A program made the translations under genes and the position numbers. Below, piece after piece: positions 10,300 to 20,000 of a DNA stretch of 20,000 nt; position 1 is the first letter of the stretch, and every line of letters starts with the position of its first letter. Source of the DNA: Folioceros fuciformis (taxonomy: Eukaryota); contig JBNGIO010006303.1 of NCBI GenBank assembly GCA_049999805.1, forward strand, positions 357,873 to 377,872, read 5' to 3'. The notes under the pieces were generated by a model. The model made no database searches, was not told the origin of the DNA, and worked only from the letters and a program-made list of their open reading frames with translations.

Positions 10300-11400
10300 A
10301 TTCCCACAAGTAAAAGAAAACACTAGCTGTGCGTCTTGGAGGCTGCCACACTTTGCATACTTGTTCACCAAGCTGCTGGCTTAAATACGTCAGCTTCAAG
10401 TCTTCGTGCAGCTTCAACTTCCACATGCAGGTGGCAGCTCGTTTCCCATGTTGAGGGCCCACAGTTGCACATGCCTGCCGGAGGAGCACAAAATGTGACG
10501 GAATCGGGTACAGCCATACCACATTGTTGCATGCCACAGTGAAGTAGAAGCGCCTCTTGACTCATGCTCCACTGGGAATATCCTGCAATCAGAGTAAGGG
10601 CAGTCCAGGTGACGACATCCTTGACGACCAACTCCGTCAACACACTCTTGGAGCGTCTTGCAAGCTGTCGCACTTGGTATACATGTCCGACAACATCCGG
10701 TGACGCAGACAAACAATTGCGGCTCAAACCCACTAACCAACAGATAAGCATGCACCCGCTGCCCAGTTCGCTTGTCCGAGCATCACTCTTGCACGAGCCT
10801 GAAGGGCCTGCCAAATCACAAGGGCATCTGGCTTGACAGCCGACACGCGCATCTGATGATGATACAGTCGTCATGCCTTCTTGTCTTGTCCACGTCCTTG
10901 TCTAACATGCACATATTATGGAAGACAGCATAAAAGCATCCGGTTGCTCAGCAGCGGGAGACACATCCATTGCGTATTGCAGTTTGCCATGGGAGGCATG
11001 CTTCCGCATGAGGAGGTTGCAGACGAAGGTGACCGACTCATACCCCCTTCCGGCCGCGAAAGCATGAACACAGCGACCCAGAACAGGATCCTTTCTCGTT
11101 GCACATACATTTCTTGAGCACAGATGAAACCAGGGATCTGGAAACACAACCGTCTGTGTCTGCCCGTACCAGAACTCCCGAAGCCTCAACAGCCCCAGTC
11201 ATATGGGTCCTAATGGGATATATACCTTGCTCACGGTCTCACCTGTCATGCCCCTACCGTATCCTGCAGGACTGCCAGGGTCATGATCATCATCAAGCAA
11301 GCTCCCATAAGCTTTGGAAGCCCCACCACCCAGAGCAGGAAGCCGCGCATCTCCTCAAGCTGGCTCATGGGCATCAGCCTGGGTAGCTGTAAAACTTGCC
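10300..11400 (-). pseudogene. Degenerate PLS-class PPR pseudogene, paralogous to the 15066-18494 gene
   Basis: Frameshifted fragments: HDPGSPAGYGRGMTGETVSK, KDPVLGRCVHAF, HASHGKLQYAMDV...QPDAFMLSSII, KDVVTWTAL-IAGYSQ, AVPDSVTF, KYAKCGSLQDAQLVF. Multiple indels and stops; no E/DYW domain. Confidence 0.9.
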
Positions 11401-11668
11401 ATTGGATTCAGATGGCCTTCTCAACAAGGAGCAGCAAGAAAGGCAAGGCACGCCCACACAACCCAAACTGTCTCTGTGTTGCCATTCCTTCAAACGTTCA
11501 GGGGCGCGAAGCCCACAGTCGGGGACCAGGATCTTGCCCCACATGGCGGAGGCGGCAGGCAGGCAACGCAGCCCAGTGGAAGGTCATGGATGGCAAGTCC
11601 CAGTGGCCTTTGGAGACGGTGGAATCAGCACGGTAGAGCTGTAATCAAGAGCGGGAGCGGGATCAGCG

Positions 11669-14370
11669 ATGGCGGCGGAGCAGGGAGGGCGGGGTCTTGC
11701 GGAAGAGGGGGACATGGGGCGCATGGAGGACGGCGGGATGCGCGTGTTCAGGGTGAGCGTTGATGTGCGCAGCTTCCGCGCGGGCTCCAGGTTGCCAGCC
11801 AGGGCAGTGAACGCCTTCGTGCGGGTGGTGTTGCCGCATTCCATCGTGAAATTGGCCATGGCGACGCCTTACGCCGCCAACGCCGCCAAGCTCACAGCAC
11901 CTCTGCGCACGCATCCGCCGGTGCTTGTGGCCAAGGGCACGGAGATCGTCATCCCTAATGGGTGCGTCAATGCGACTCCTCTGGTGCTGCATTTTGTGCA
12001 TTAGCAATCCAGTTTTGGTCAGGTGTCGAGGTCTGAGTCTGTGGATGCTGGTAACAGCTATGTTGCCTTGGAGCTTCCTGCCACCATTTCAGCCTTGTCT
12101 GCTGCGCTTGCAGAGGAGCCTCACATTGTGGCCCAAGTTCTGCATTCCGACAGGTACTGTTTCTGCCCCCCCAGATCCTGTGCATTATTCTTGTGTCGGT
12201 GCTGCCTGGTTGTGGGTAGTGGGTAGGATGGAGCTCCGGGTTCCTGATGTGGTTCCCATGCCGCAGGTACATGGCCGACAGTGTTATTGGGGTTGCATCC
12301 GTACCCATGGCATCACTCATGCATGATTCAAGACTCGATGGATATGCCCCCGTCTTTTCACCATCGGATGATGACAGACCAACATCTGAACAGCAGGTAA
12401 CACTGAACTGGGATTCACATTCTCCGTGCAAGGTTTCTCTGTTGAAATGTCAATGACAGACCTGTTGTCTGGAGTTGGTAAGTCCGTCCTTTCGAAGCAC
12501 AGTGGGTTCACGACATGTTATACTCTTGTGAGCCCATGTTCTGAGTTCATGCTGACAGGTCAACATTGGCGCTCTGCGGGTGGTACTGGCCCTGGAAGAG
12601 TTGGGGCCTGTCATGGACCCCCCCAAAAGGCGTAAAAAGGTTGAAGAGCATGGCACATCCCATCCAGTAAAGGAAACGGACGATGACGTGTTCACTAGCC
12701 ATACCAACGGGTTCTGGCAGGAAAGCTTCCCGAAATCTGGGATGGACCACACAGATTCTGCTCCACGCCAAGAGCAGGATTTAAGGCAGACTCTTGAATA
12801 TGAAATGGCTTGGGAATTTGAGAAGTGGAGGAGGTCGGAAGAAGCGAAATGGCGAGCAGATTTGAAGGAAAGGGAAATGGTTCGGATGGCTGCTCTCGAA
12901 GCTGAGTGGCGAAAAAGAGAGCGAGCGCACTTGGCCGAGATGGACATGACCAGGAAGGAACAGGATGCTCTGGAGAACAAGTTGAAGTGAGGCCCTTGAA
13001 GGGAATGTGTACAGATTGAACGAGGTGCTCATCATACCTTAAAGGTTTGTTTCTTGGATTAAAAAACCTGTGGTGTTGAAACCTGGCAGGACAAAAATGT
13101 TTGAACTGGAAAAGATGGAGAGGAAGCTCGTGCAAGGGCACGAAGGAGCGAAGCTTAGGAGGGATGCCCTTGACCGTGAATATGCTCAACGAGTTACTGA
13201 CGCACAGGTCCGTATGTCTGTCACAATGGGTGATGAGGATTGTTATCGTCAATCTTGGCTCTGAGCTGATGTGCTTTTTGGCAGGAGGCGGTGAAAAGGC
13301 TCCAAACTGAGTGCGACCATCGAGTAGAACTTGAGCGAGGCAAGTACGCTGCGCTGCGCGAACAACATGCAGTGCTGGAAAAGAGATTGGCCACTGCGAA
13401 CAAAGCTCTTGGTGGGCTGGAAAAGCAGTTCAGCGATTTCAGGGCCGCTCAACGAAACACTTTTGAGGCAGATTTGTCTGCCCAGGTGTTAGTCTCAAAG
13501 CAACAGTGCAACGATTTAAACTCGAGACTGGAAGCAGCATTGCGGTCCAAGGAGGAGTACAAGTCTCAAGTAAGCAGCCATCGTCTTGTAGGGTTTGCTC
13601 GCAGTGTGCTGAAGTTGAGAGCAGGGCGGAGTTTCTGATATCATTCTCGCGTGAAGGTTCTGCGGATGGCGAAGGAGATGGCAACCTTCTACCGTGATCG
13701 CCTTAATCTGGATCGGGGCCAGGATGACGGATCCATGTCTGTTCCAGAACAACAGCTGCGGCGACTTCAGGTTCATGAACAAACAGCGGTAACTGCAGCA
13801 ACTGCGGCTGCTGCCGCCGTGACGGCCGCTGTTGCCTCTCAGCTCTCCCCTCCACACAAGCCCGCTCAGCCTAAAGCTCCCGCCCGGCCTCCCGCCCCCA
13901 AGGCAAGCATGCCGCGGAAATCTCAGGCTCCTTTGCCAGCACCGGGCAGGAGAAACTTAGAAACTGCCGCCTGGGAATCTGAGGATGTTGGCACAGAGCC
14001 TTTTTTTGCAAAACCGGCCATGGAGAATTCTCGGCTTGGCACTCCTCGGGGGGATTCTTCGGACCGACTCAAGCAGGGTAACAAGGTTGATAAAAATGCG
14101 GAAGACTCCAGGGGTCCTGTGGCCCGGCAACCCTTGCTGGAGGTGGGCCAGAGTCGCAGAGATTCGTATAACGATGGTCAGGTTGCAAGTCGCAGACCAA
14201 GCGATGTGGAGAACGAGCTGGTGGATGAACATGGACCACCTTCACAGGAGAAGGAGATACGGAGACTGAAAAAACAGAAAGCTGAGCTGCTTGACACTGG
14301 AGTGTACAGTGTGTCTGATAGAATTATTCGGGGAATAGACATAGAAATTCGACGATTAGAAGCTGGTTAA
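11669..14370 (+). CDS. CEP120: CEP120-like centriolar protein (single C2 domain + coiled coil), 687 aa; join(11669..11961,12058..12153,12267..12396,12559..12986,13090..13207,13285..13569,13657..14370)
   Basis: FRVSVDVRS...APLRTHPPVLVAKGTEIVIPNGYVALE...VLALEELGPV (third-C2-like); TLEYEMAWEFEKWRR...MAALEAEWRKRE; ECDHRVELER; RLEAALRSKEEYKSQ; C-terminal LLDTGVYSVSDRIIRGIDIEIRRL. All are collinear with animal CEP120 motifs. Six GT-AG introns are phase-consistent. Confidence 0.88.
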
Positions 14371-15065
14371 TGGGAGAGGTTTGCAATTCTGCTGTGGACA
14401 AACAATTCCGAGTAAAGGCTCCGATTCTGCGGAAGAGAGGAGAAGTTAATCCATTTATCAGTGTGTCCTGGAAATGGTGAGATTCCGTTCCTCGTCTGAT
14501 GCATGATTGGTTAGGGTGACCGACTGAGCCCCGCACTCCAGCTCCATTTCTTCCTGGCGGTAAGGTCCGCAGTTTGAATTGACCTTCAGCAGGCGGAAGT
14601 CGCCAAAGATTCAGTTCGCATCGGGCAGCTTGGCCAACGTGCCATCCACTTTCACCTATTCTTCAAGGTGACGAGCAGATCGATGCAGCGACACTAGCGA
14701 AGGAGCCATTGAGTGAGTGCTCGTTGCTGTTTAGGCGGCACGAAGAACAGGAATGACACGGGACTCAGTGCGTTGGCAATCTCCCAATGGTCGGCACTTC
14801 TGGACAGGTCATTGCTTCTTGGCTGCCTGCAGGCAGACAAACCACGGTGCAGAAGGAGCGACAACGATATTCTGTCGAGGAATACTCCAGAAGAAAGGTA
14901 CCCATTTGCCCTCACACAGCCCCTCATGCAGTTTGAGCCCGTGAGGCTTTTCACTCCCCGTGGAAACGCCCGGAGAGAGGAGGCTGCTTTGATGCGCGCT
15001 TCTAACACTCGCGCCCCAAATACGTTGAATATCAAAAAGTATTGTACAACAGGTGAATTGCATGT

Positions 15066-18000
15066 TCATTTGGATGACATTCGTGCAAGCCTGGCTCGGT
15101 CGGTTAGATGCCTCTTTTCCATGACCAAAAATTGATGCACCAGCCCGTCCATATCTGTCCACCAGCTTTGGCCCGGTTGCTTCCATGCACCGATAATCCT
15201 TCTCCGGCCCTGCATCTCTTGCGCCTGTTCCCACATCTGAGCGCCGGTGTATATATTCAACATTAATACATATGGAGCAGCGTCTGTCTTGTCCAGCCTC
15301 ACTGCTTGGTCGAAAGCATGGGATCCAACCTCCACGTTGCTCCACTTCTGACAAGCGCCCAGGAGAGTTGTCCAAAGTGCAGCATCAGGCACTACAGGCA
15401 TTGCCTTGACCAAAGCTAGGGCCTCATTGACTTGACCTGCCCGACCCATAATATCCACCATGCACGTGTAGTGCTCCACTGTGGGAGTGATGCCATAATA
15501 GTCGCTCATGGCCTCGAAGTACTCTCTCCCCTTGTTCACTAGACCAGCATGGCTGCATACTGTTAGAATACTCAGAAAAGTGACGCCGACTGGCAGTATG
15601 CCATCCGATCTCATTCTGTTGAGCAGGTCGAACACCTCTTCACTGTCTCCTTGACAGGAGTAGCCGGCAATCAGAGCGCTCCATGTGAAAACGTCTCTTT
15701 TTGGCAACGAGTCAAACACGTCCTGTGCGTCCACCATGCTCCCAGACTTGCCATACATGTGGATCAAACTGTTGGCTACACACAAATCAGCATCAAGCCC
15801 TACTTGTTTGATGTGAGCGTGAAGCTCCCTTCCCAGATGCAAAGCTGCGACACTAGCACACGCCTGCAGGAGGCACACAAACGTCACAGAATCGGGCACA
15901 GCCTTGCCGTTTTCTTGCATAGCCCTGTAGAGACGAAGAGCTTCCTTCGCCAATCCTTGCTGGGAGTACCCTGCTATCATGGCAGTCCATGTCACGACAT
16001 CCTTCTCAACAAGTCTGTCGAACACTCTTTGAGCCTCTTCCAAGCTGCCACACTTTGCGTACATGTGCACCAAGGCATTCCAGACAAACAAATCAGGCTC
16101 AACCCCCGTGGCCAATACATCAGCATGCAGATGCTGCCCCGTTTCCAAGTCCGATATTCTTGCACAAGCCTGAAGGGCTGCCACAAATACATGGCCATCA
16201 GCCTTCACACCCGACCGGCGCATCCGATGGTACAGTTGTATGGCCTCTCTGTCTTTTCCTTGCTTGACGTGCACAGAAATTATAGACGACCACATGAAGG
16301 CATCTGGTTGCTCAACCACATGAAACACATCCCTGGCATCCTGCAACCTGCCATGAGAAGCATACATTCGCAGGATGTGATTGCACAGAAACGTGTCCGA
16401 CTGGAGCCCCTGTTTTATAATGAAAGCATGGACTTGGCGCCCCAGGGCAAAATCCTTTTTGAGAATACACTTGTCCATGACAATATAAAAGAGAGATTTC
16501 GAAATAGAAGTGTCTGTCTGCACCAGAACTCCCAAAGCCTCAATAGCTTCAGAGAGATAGCCATGATGACATAGCTGGCTCACAGTTTCAGCCGTCACAA
16601 CCCTTTTATACCCTGCAGGATGGGCAGGGTCATGCCGCAAGCTCCAGTTGAATTTGGGGGCACAACACCCACTTCCGCCATCCATATCGGCAAGATTCAA
16701 ATCCGCCAAATCTGGATTGTAGAGATTGTTCAAACACAGGACCTCCGGTGACTTCCTCTGCCAGAAGTCAGGTGCAGGGAAGCTCTTCTTACATCTGTCA
16801 TCCTCTAGGCTGCCACACTTGGCATACATGTCCACCAAACAGCTGGCTACAAATTTATCAGCTTCATGTCCACCTTCTCTGATTTGTGTATGCAGTTGCT
16901 TTCCCAAGTCCAATGCCACGGAGCCCACACTAGCACATGCCTGGAGGAGGCACACATATGTTGCAGAATCAGGTACAGCAATGCCTTCTCTTTGCATTGC
17001 ACGATACAGACCAAGGGCTTCCTGGCACATCCCCTGCTGACAATATCCTGCAATAAGACAAGTCCATGTTACCGCAGTTTTTTGAACGAGCCTGTCAAAC
17101 ACTCTCCGAGCATCTTCTACACTGCCACACTTTGCATACATATTTATCAAACTGTTAGCTACAAAGACATCAGCTTGGTGTCCTCGCTCCCTTATTTGTA
17201 CATGAAGCTGTTTCCCTTCCTCTAATGCAAGATTGCCCATACTTGCACATGCCTGCAGGAGGCACACAAAAGTCACAGAATTGGGAACAGCGATGGCTTC
17301 CTCCTGCATAGCGCTGTACAGACGAAGGGATTCCTGCCCCATGCCCTGCTGGGAATAGCCTGCTATCATGGCATTCCACATCACAACATCTTCATGACTC
17401 AGTCCGTCGAATACTCTACGGGCGTCTTCCAGGCTGCCACACTTGGCATACATGTTCACCAAACTGCTGGCTACAAAGACATCGGCTTCGTGCCCTTGTT
17501 CTCTAATTTTCCCATGAATCTCCTTCCCCGTCTCCAGTGCCAGGGTGCCAACACTTGCACATGCCTGAAGAAGGCACACATACGTCACCGCGTTGGGAAC
17601 AGCGATGCTTCCTTCTTGCATATCACTGTAGAGACGAAGGGCATCCCGTCCCCTGCCCCGCTGGCAATACCCAGAGATCAGAGCAGTCCACGTCACTACA
17701 TCCTTCTGAACAAGTCCATCAAACAGCTTCTGTGCGTCTTCAAGGCTACCACATTTTGCATACATGTCCACCAGGCAATTCAACACAAACAAATTCGTCT
17801 TGAGGTCACTGACCAGCACGTCAGCATGCACCTGCTGCCCAGATTCTAAATCTAATCCTCTTGCACAAGCCTGAAGGGCTGCCACAAACACATGGCCATC
17901 TGGCTTCACATTCGACCCACGCATCTCCCGATACAGTTGCAAGGCCTGCTTGTCTTGTCCGTGTTTAACATGCGCAGATATTATGGACGACCACAAAAAA

Positions 18001-18494
18001 GCATCGGGTTTGACAACAAGGGTGAACACATCCATCGCGTCTTGCAATTTGCCATGCGACGCATACATTCGCAGGACGTGGTTGCACAGGAACGTATCCA
18101 ATTGGTACCCCATCTTCACTATGAAAGCATGGACCCGGCGACCCAGAACGAGATCTTTTTCCACCACACATTGCTTCAGAACAGTGTAAAACAGAGACCT
18201 AGAAATACAAGATCCTTTCTGCACCAGAACTCCCAATGCCTCAACAGCCTCATACAGACGGCCCTGATGAGACAGCTCGTTCACAGCTTCAGGCGTTTCT
18301 CCTTTTCCGTCTCCTGCAGGCCCGTGAGGTTCAGAATCATCCGGCAAGCGCAAGCTCCAGCGGAATTTGGAGCTAGGACGACCCACCTCCGTACCCATAT
18401 GCCTCCAAGCTCGCTTGTGGAAGTTGCTTAGCCAGAGGACCTCCTGGTGTCGACGACCCCCCTCTGAATTTGAAGCACCTGCACTTCGCGCCAT
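15066..18494 (-). CDS. PLS-class pentatricopeptide-repeat protein (organellar RNA-editing factor type), two fused PPR units + E1/E2 + truncated WW-type DYW region; 1142 aa from the first ATG (frame open to 18701)
   Basis: Repeated P-L-S triplets (DVVTWTALISGY..., PNAVTYVCLLQAC..., MYAKCGSLEDARRVFD), L2/S2 (CSHAGLVNKG, PTVEHYTCMVDIMGRAG), E1/E2 (PDAALWTTLLGAC, AAPYVLMLNIY), then KQPGQSWWTD..VHQF and a stop before any HxE/CxxC. Confidence 0.95.
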   Translation of the reverse strand: MARSAGASNSEGGRRHQEVLWLSNFHKRAWRHMGTEVGRPSSKFRWSLRLPDDSEPHGPAGDGKGETPEAVNELSHQGRLYEAVEALGVLVQKGSCISRSLFYTVLKQCVVEKDLVLGRRVHAFIVKMGYQLDTFLCNHVLRMYASHGKLQDAMDVFTLVVKPDAFLWSSIISAHVKHGQDKQALQLYREMRGSNVKPDGHVFVAALQACARGLDLESGQQVHADVLVSDLKTNLFVLNCLVDMYAKCGSLEDAQKLFDGLVQKDVVTWTALISGYCQRGRGRDALRLYSDMQEGSIAVPNAVTYVCLLQACASVGTLALETGKEIHGKIREQGHEADVFVASSLVNMYAKCGSLEDARRVFDGLSHEDVVMWNAMIAGYSQQGMGQESLRLYSAMQEEAIAVPNSVTFVCLLQACASMGNLALEEGKQLHVQIRERGHQADVFVANSLINMYAKCGSVEDARRVFDRLVQKTAVTWTCLIAGYCQQGMCQEALGLYRAMQREGIAVPDSATYVCLLQACASVGSVALDLGKQLHTQIREGGHEADKFVASCLVDMYAKCGSLEDDRCKKSFPAPDFWQRKSPEVLCLNNLYNPDLADLNLADMDGGSGCCAPKFNWSLRHDPAHPAGYKRVVTAETVSQLCHHGYLSEAIEALGVLVQTDTSISKSLFYIVMDKCILKKDFALGRQVHAFIIKQGLQSDTFLCNHILRMYASHGRLQDARDVFHVVEQPDAFMWSSIISVHVKQGKDREAIQLYHRMRRSGVKADGHVFVAALQACARISDLETGQHLHADVLATGVEPDLFVWNALVHMYAKCGSLEEAQRVFDRLVEKDVVTWTAMIAGYSQQGLAKEALRLYRAMQENGKAVPDSVTFVCLLQACASVAALHLGRELHAHIKQVGLDADLCVANSLIHMYGKSGSMVDAQDVFDSLPKRDVFTWSALIAGYSCQGDSEEVFDLLNRMRSDGILPVGVTFLSILTVCSHAGLVNKGREYFEAMSDYYGITPTVEHYTCMVDIMGRAGQVNEALALVKAMPVVPDAALWTTLLGACQKWSNVEVGSHAFDQAVRLDKTDAAPYVLMLNIYTGAQMWEQAQEMQGRRRIIGAWKQPGQSWWTDMDGLVHQFLVMEKRHLTDRARLARMSSK

Positions 18495-19198
18495 CTTCGG
18501 CTGCGAACAATTTAATCCTGTGAGGCCCGCAGGCCGGAGCTCTTCGTCCAGTACCTGCTCTAGAGCAGCCAATCTGTTCTGTCCGAACAAAGCTCCCAAC
18601 CAGCTCCTGCAACTCAATTGCCCAGACAGCCATGGCTTGCAAACAGACACCCAGGCCAATGACTGTCCCCGAGATGGAAGATTTGGATATGCAAAATGCA
18701 AGATGTCTAGCTACATACAGCTCCCATTGGTTTCGCCAAACTCCTCACTTTCCCAGGCTTCTTGACTCAAGCTCAAGTCCATGCCATTTGATGCACAAGA
18801 GCGAGACTCGTCTAGGCCATTTCATTCCAAAGAAGAAGACGAATTCCATTGAAGTCTACGGCCTACTATGGAATACCTATACGGACCGATGTTTCTTTTT
18901 CCAACCGTATGTTTTACAAGATTATTCATCAGAATCTTCTATATACATACGGATTTTAGGGCTCCACGTCACTTCCCTAGCTGCCATACAGTATGACTTA
19001 TTTTTATTTCTTCTATCATTGTTGCTTAAGTGGACCGATGAAGAAACCAAAGAATCTTCCTTCGGCACTTCTTTCTTTCTTGGCCGTTCACAAAGTCTCT
19101 GCATGCATGAGCTTTTCCCTATGCTTTTTTTTTCCCTTCAAACCAACTACCATTCTTCCACGCTCAATGGCCCGTCTGACCACCGTGTGTTTCACAAG

Positions 19199-19237
19199 AA
19201 ACCTAGAGAGAGGGGACAGCCTCCTCTCTCTAGGTTT
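19199..19237. repeat. Perfect 15-bp inverted repeat (hairpin)
   Basis: AAACCTAGAGAGAGG-(9 nt)-CCTCTCTCTAGGTTT. Confidence 0.9.
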
Positions 19238-19456
19238 TTTTACAAAGGGTATGCGTCCGCTTTGGGGCGAGTTTGAGGGCCAAAACCAAACCGGACATGA
19301 TTGCATGTCTTGCCCAAGCACGGGCGCGCCCAGCTATGGTTACAGGGGGTGTTTGGGCTTTCTGCCTTCAGGCCGCCGGGCATCCAGCCCAAAACGGACT
19401 GTAACGGTTGAGCCATGTCCCCTTTGGTGCGGCGTCCGGTTTGGTTGGCTTACTAA

Positions 19457-19797
19457 AGGCATAAAAGGGAATATTCGGTTGGATACCCATGGGAAACCAT
19501 TAAAAAATGTATAGTTAGAGAGTGTCCCTTTGGTATGCCATACTTTCCTTGCTGGTTGTGGAACACGGCCAGCTGAGGCCGTAGTAGAATGCCAGCTGAG
19601 GCCGTAGTAGAATGCCAGCCTATAGCAGCTGATGTTTCTCGCGCTTTGGTGCACTATGCTAAGAGCACCATCATTCTGCAGAGACTCTGGGGGAGATTGT
19701 ATGGCGTACCAAACGGGACACTCTCTCACTATACATTTTTTAAGCGTTTCTTGGGGTATCTGACAGAATATTCCCTTTTGATTTCCCTTTGATGCCT
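19457..19797. mobile_element. Fold-back / MITE-like element with ~90-bp imperfect inverted arms
   Basis: 19457-19543 aligns to the reverse complement of 19699-19797 (e.g. AAAAGGGAATATTC...TTAAAAAATGTATAGT.AGAGAGTGTCCC.TTTGGTA.GCCATAC). The 155-nt spacer holds a 23-nt direct repeat x2 (19568-19613). No clear target-site duplication (TSD). Confidence 0.65.
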
Positions 19798-19847
19798 ATA
19801 TTTTTCCCACCAAAAGGATAAAAAAAAACATACATGTTTATGTTTCC

Positions 19848-19962
19848 TAGGGTTGGATCATCATAGAATATTCTCTTTTTAGGGTTGGATCTTCACAGAA
19901 TATTCGCTTTTAGGGTTGGATCCCAGAATATTCTTGGATAGAATATTCCCAATTTTAGGGTT
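19848..19962. repeat. ~31-nt degenerate tandem repeat (TTTTAGGGTTGGATC...AGAATATTC), 3-4 copies
   Basis: Recurring TAGGGTTGGATC and AGAATATTC blocks read directly from the sequence. Confidence 0.85.
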
Positions 19963-20000
19963 TGCATGTATGGCATGGGGGTGGATGGCAAGAAGGGAGG

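Noticed and set aside
14694-15035. Possible frameshifted DYW/GRP deaminase remnant downstream of the PPR stop (…CMRGC…HRGLSACRQP)
   Set aside because: No HxE motif or correctly spaced CxxC in the frames I read; the resemblance is too weak without an HMM scan.
16758-16792. Possible intron (GTAAGA...GGCAG) at the PPR fusion junction
   Set aside because: Only ~35 nt, much shorter than other introns here, and removal would shift the otherwise open frame.
15651-18431. Long plus-strand ORFs (307, 151, 179 aa)
   Set aside because: Antisense shadows of the PPR coding sequence.
18632-19514. 214-aa and 173-aa plus-strand ORFs
   Set aside because: Non-ATG starts, low-complexity F/L/S-rich translation, overlap with repeats, and no domain signal.

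Overview
Eukaryotic nuclear DNA from a seed-free land plant with flagellated sperm. A hornwort is the best inference: compact genes, mostly 80-170 nt introns, PLS-class PPR genes with a PGxSWW ('WW-type') C-terminus, and centriole/flagellar genes. From left to right: (1) the 5' part of a VAL/HSI2-type B3 repressor on the minus strand (PHD-like, B3 and CW domains), containing a U12-type intron, a GC-AG intron and a possible cassette micro-exon; (2) a sharply AT-rich block (~4.5-9.9 kb) holding four genes that the ORF track misses or fragments: a 3-exon V-ATPase subunit e, a 4-exon orphan coiled-coil gene starting only 126 nt after it, a 3-exon FAM136A/DUF842 gene, and an intronless, probably flagella-associated gene; (3) a decayed PPR pseudogene; (4) a 7-exon CEP120 homologue that seems to lack the first two C2 domains; (5) a long PLS-PPR ORF that is an in-frame fusion of two paralogous PPR genes and ends in a truncated WW-type DYW region; (6) a fold-back/MITE-like element with related tandem repeats. 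All exon models were built and phase-checked by hand. Family calls rest on remembered motifs, not database searches.
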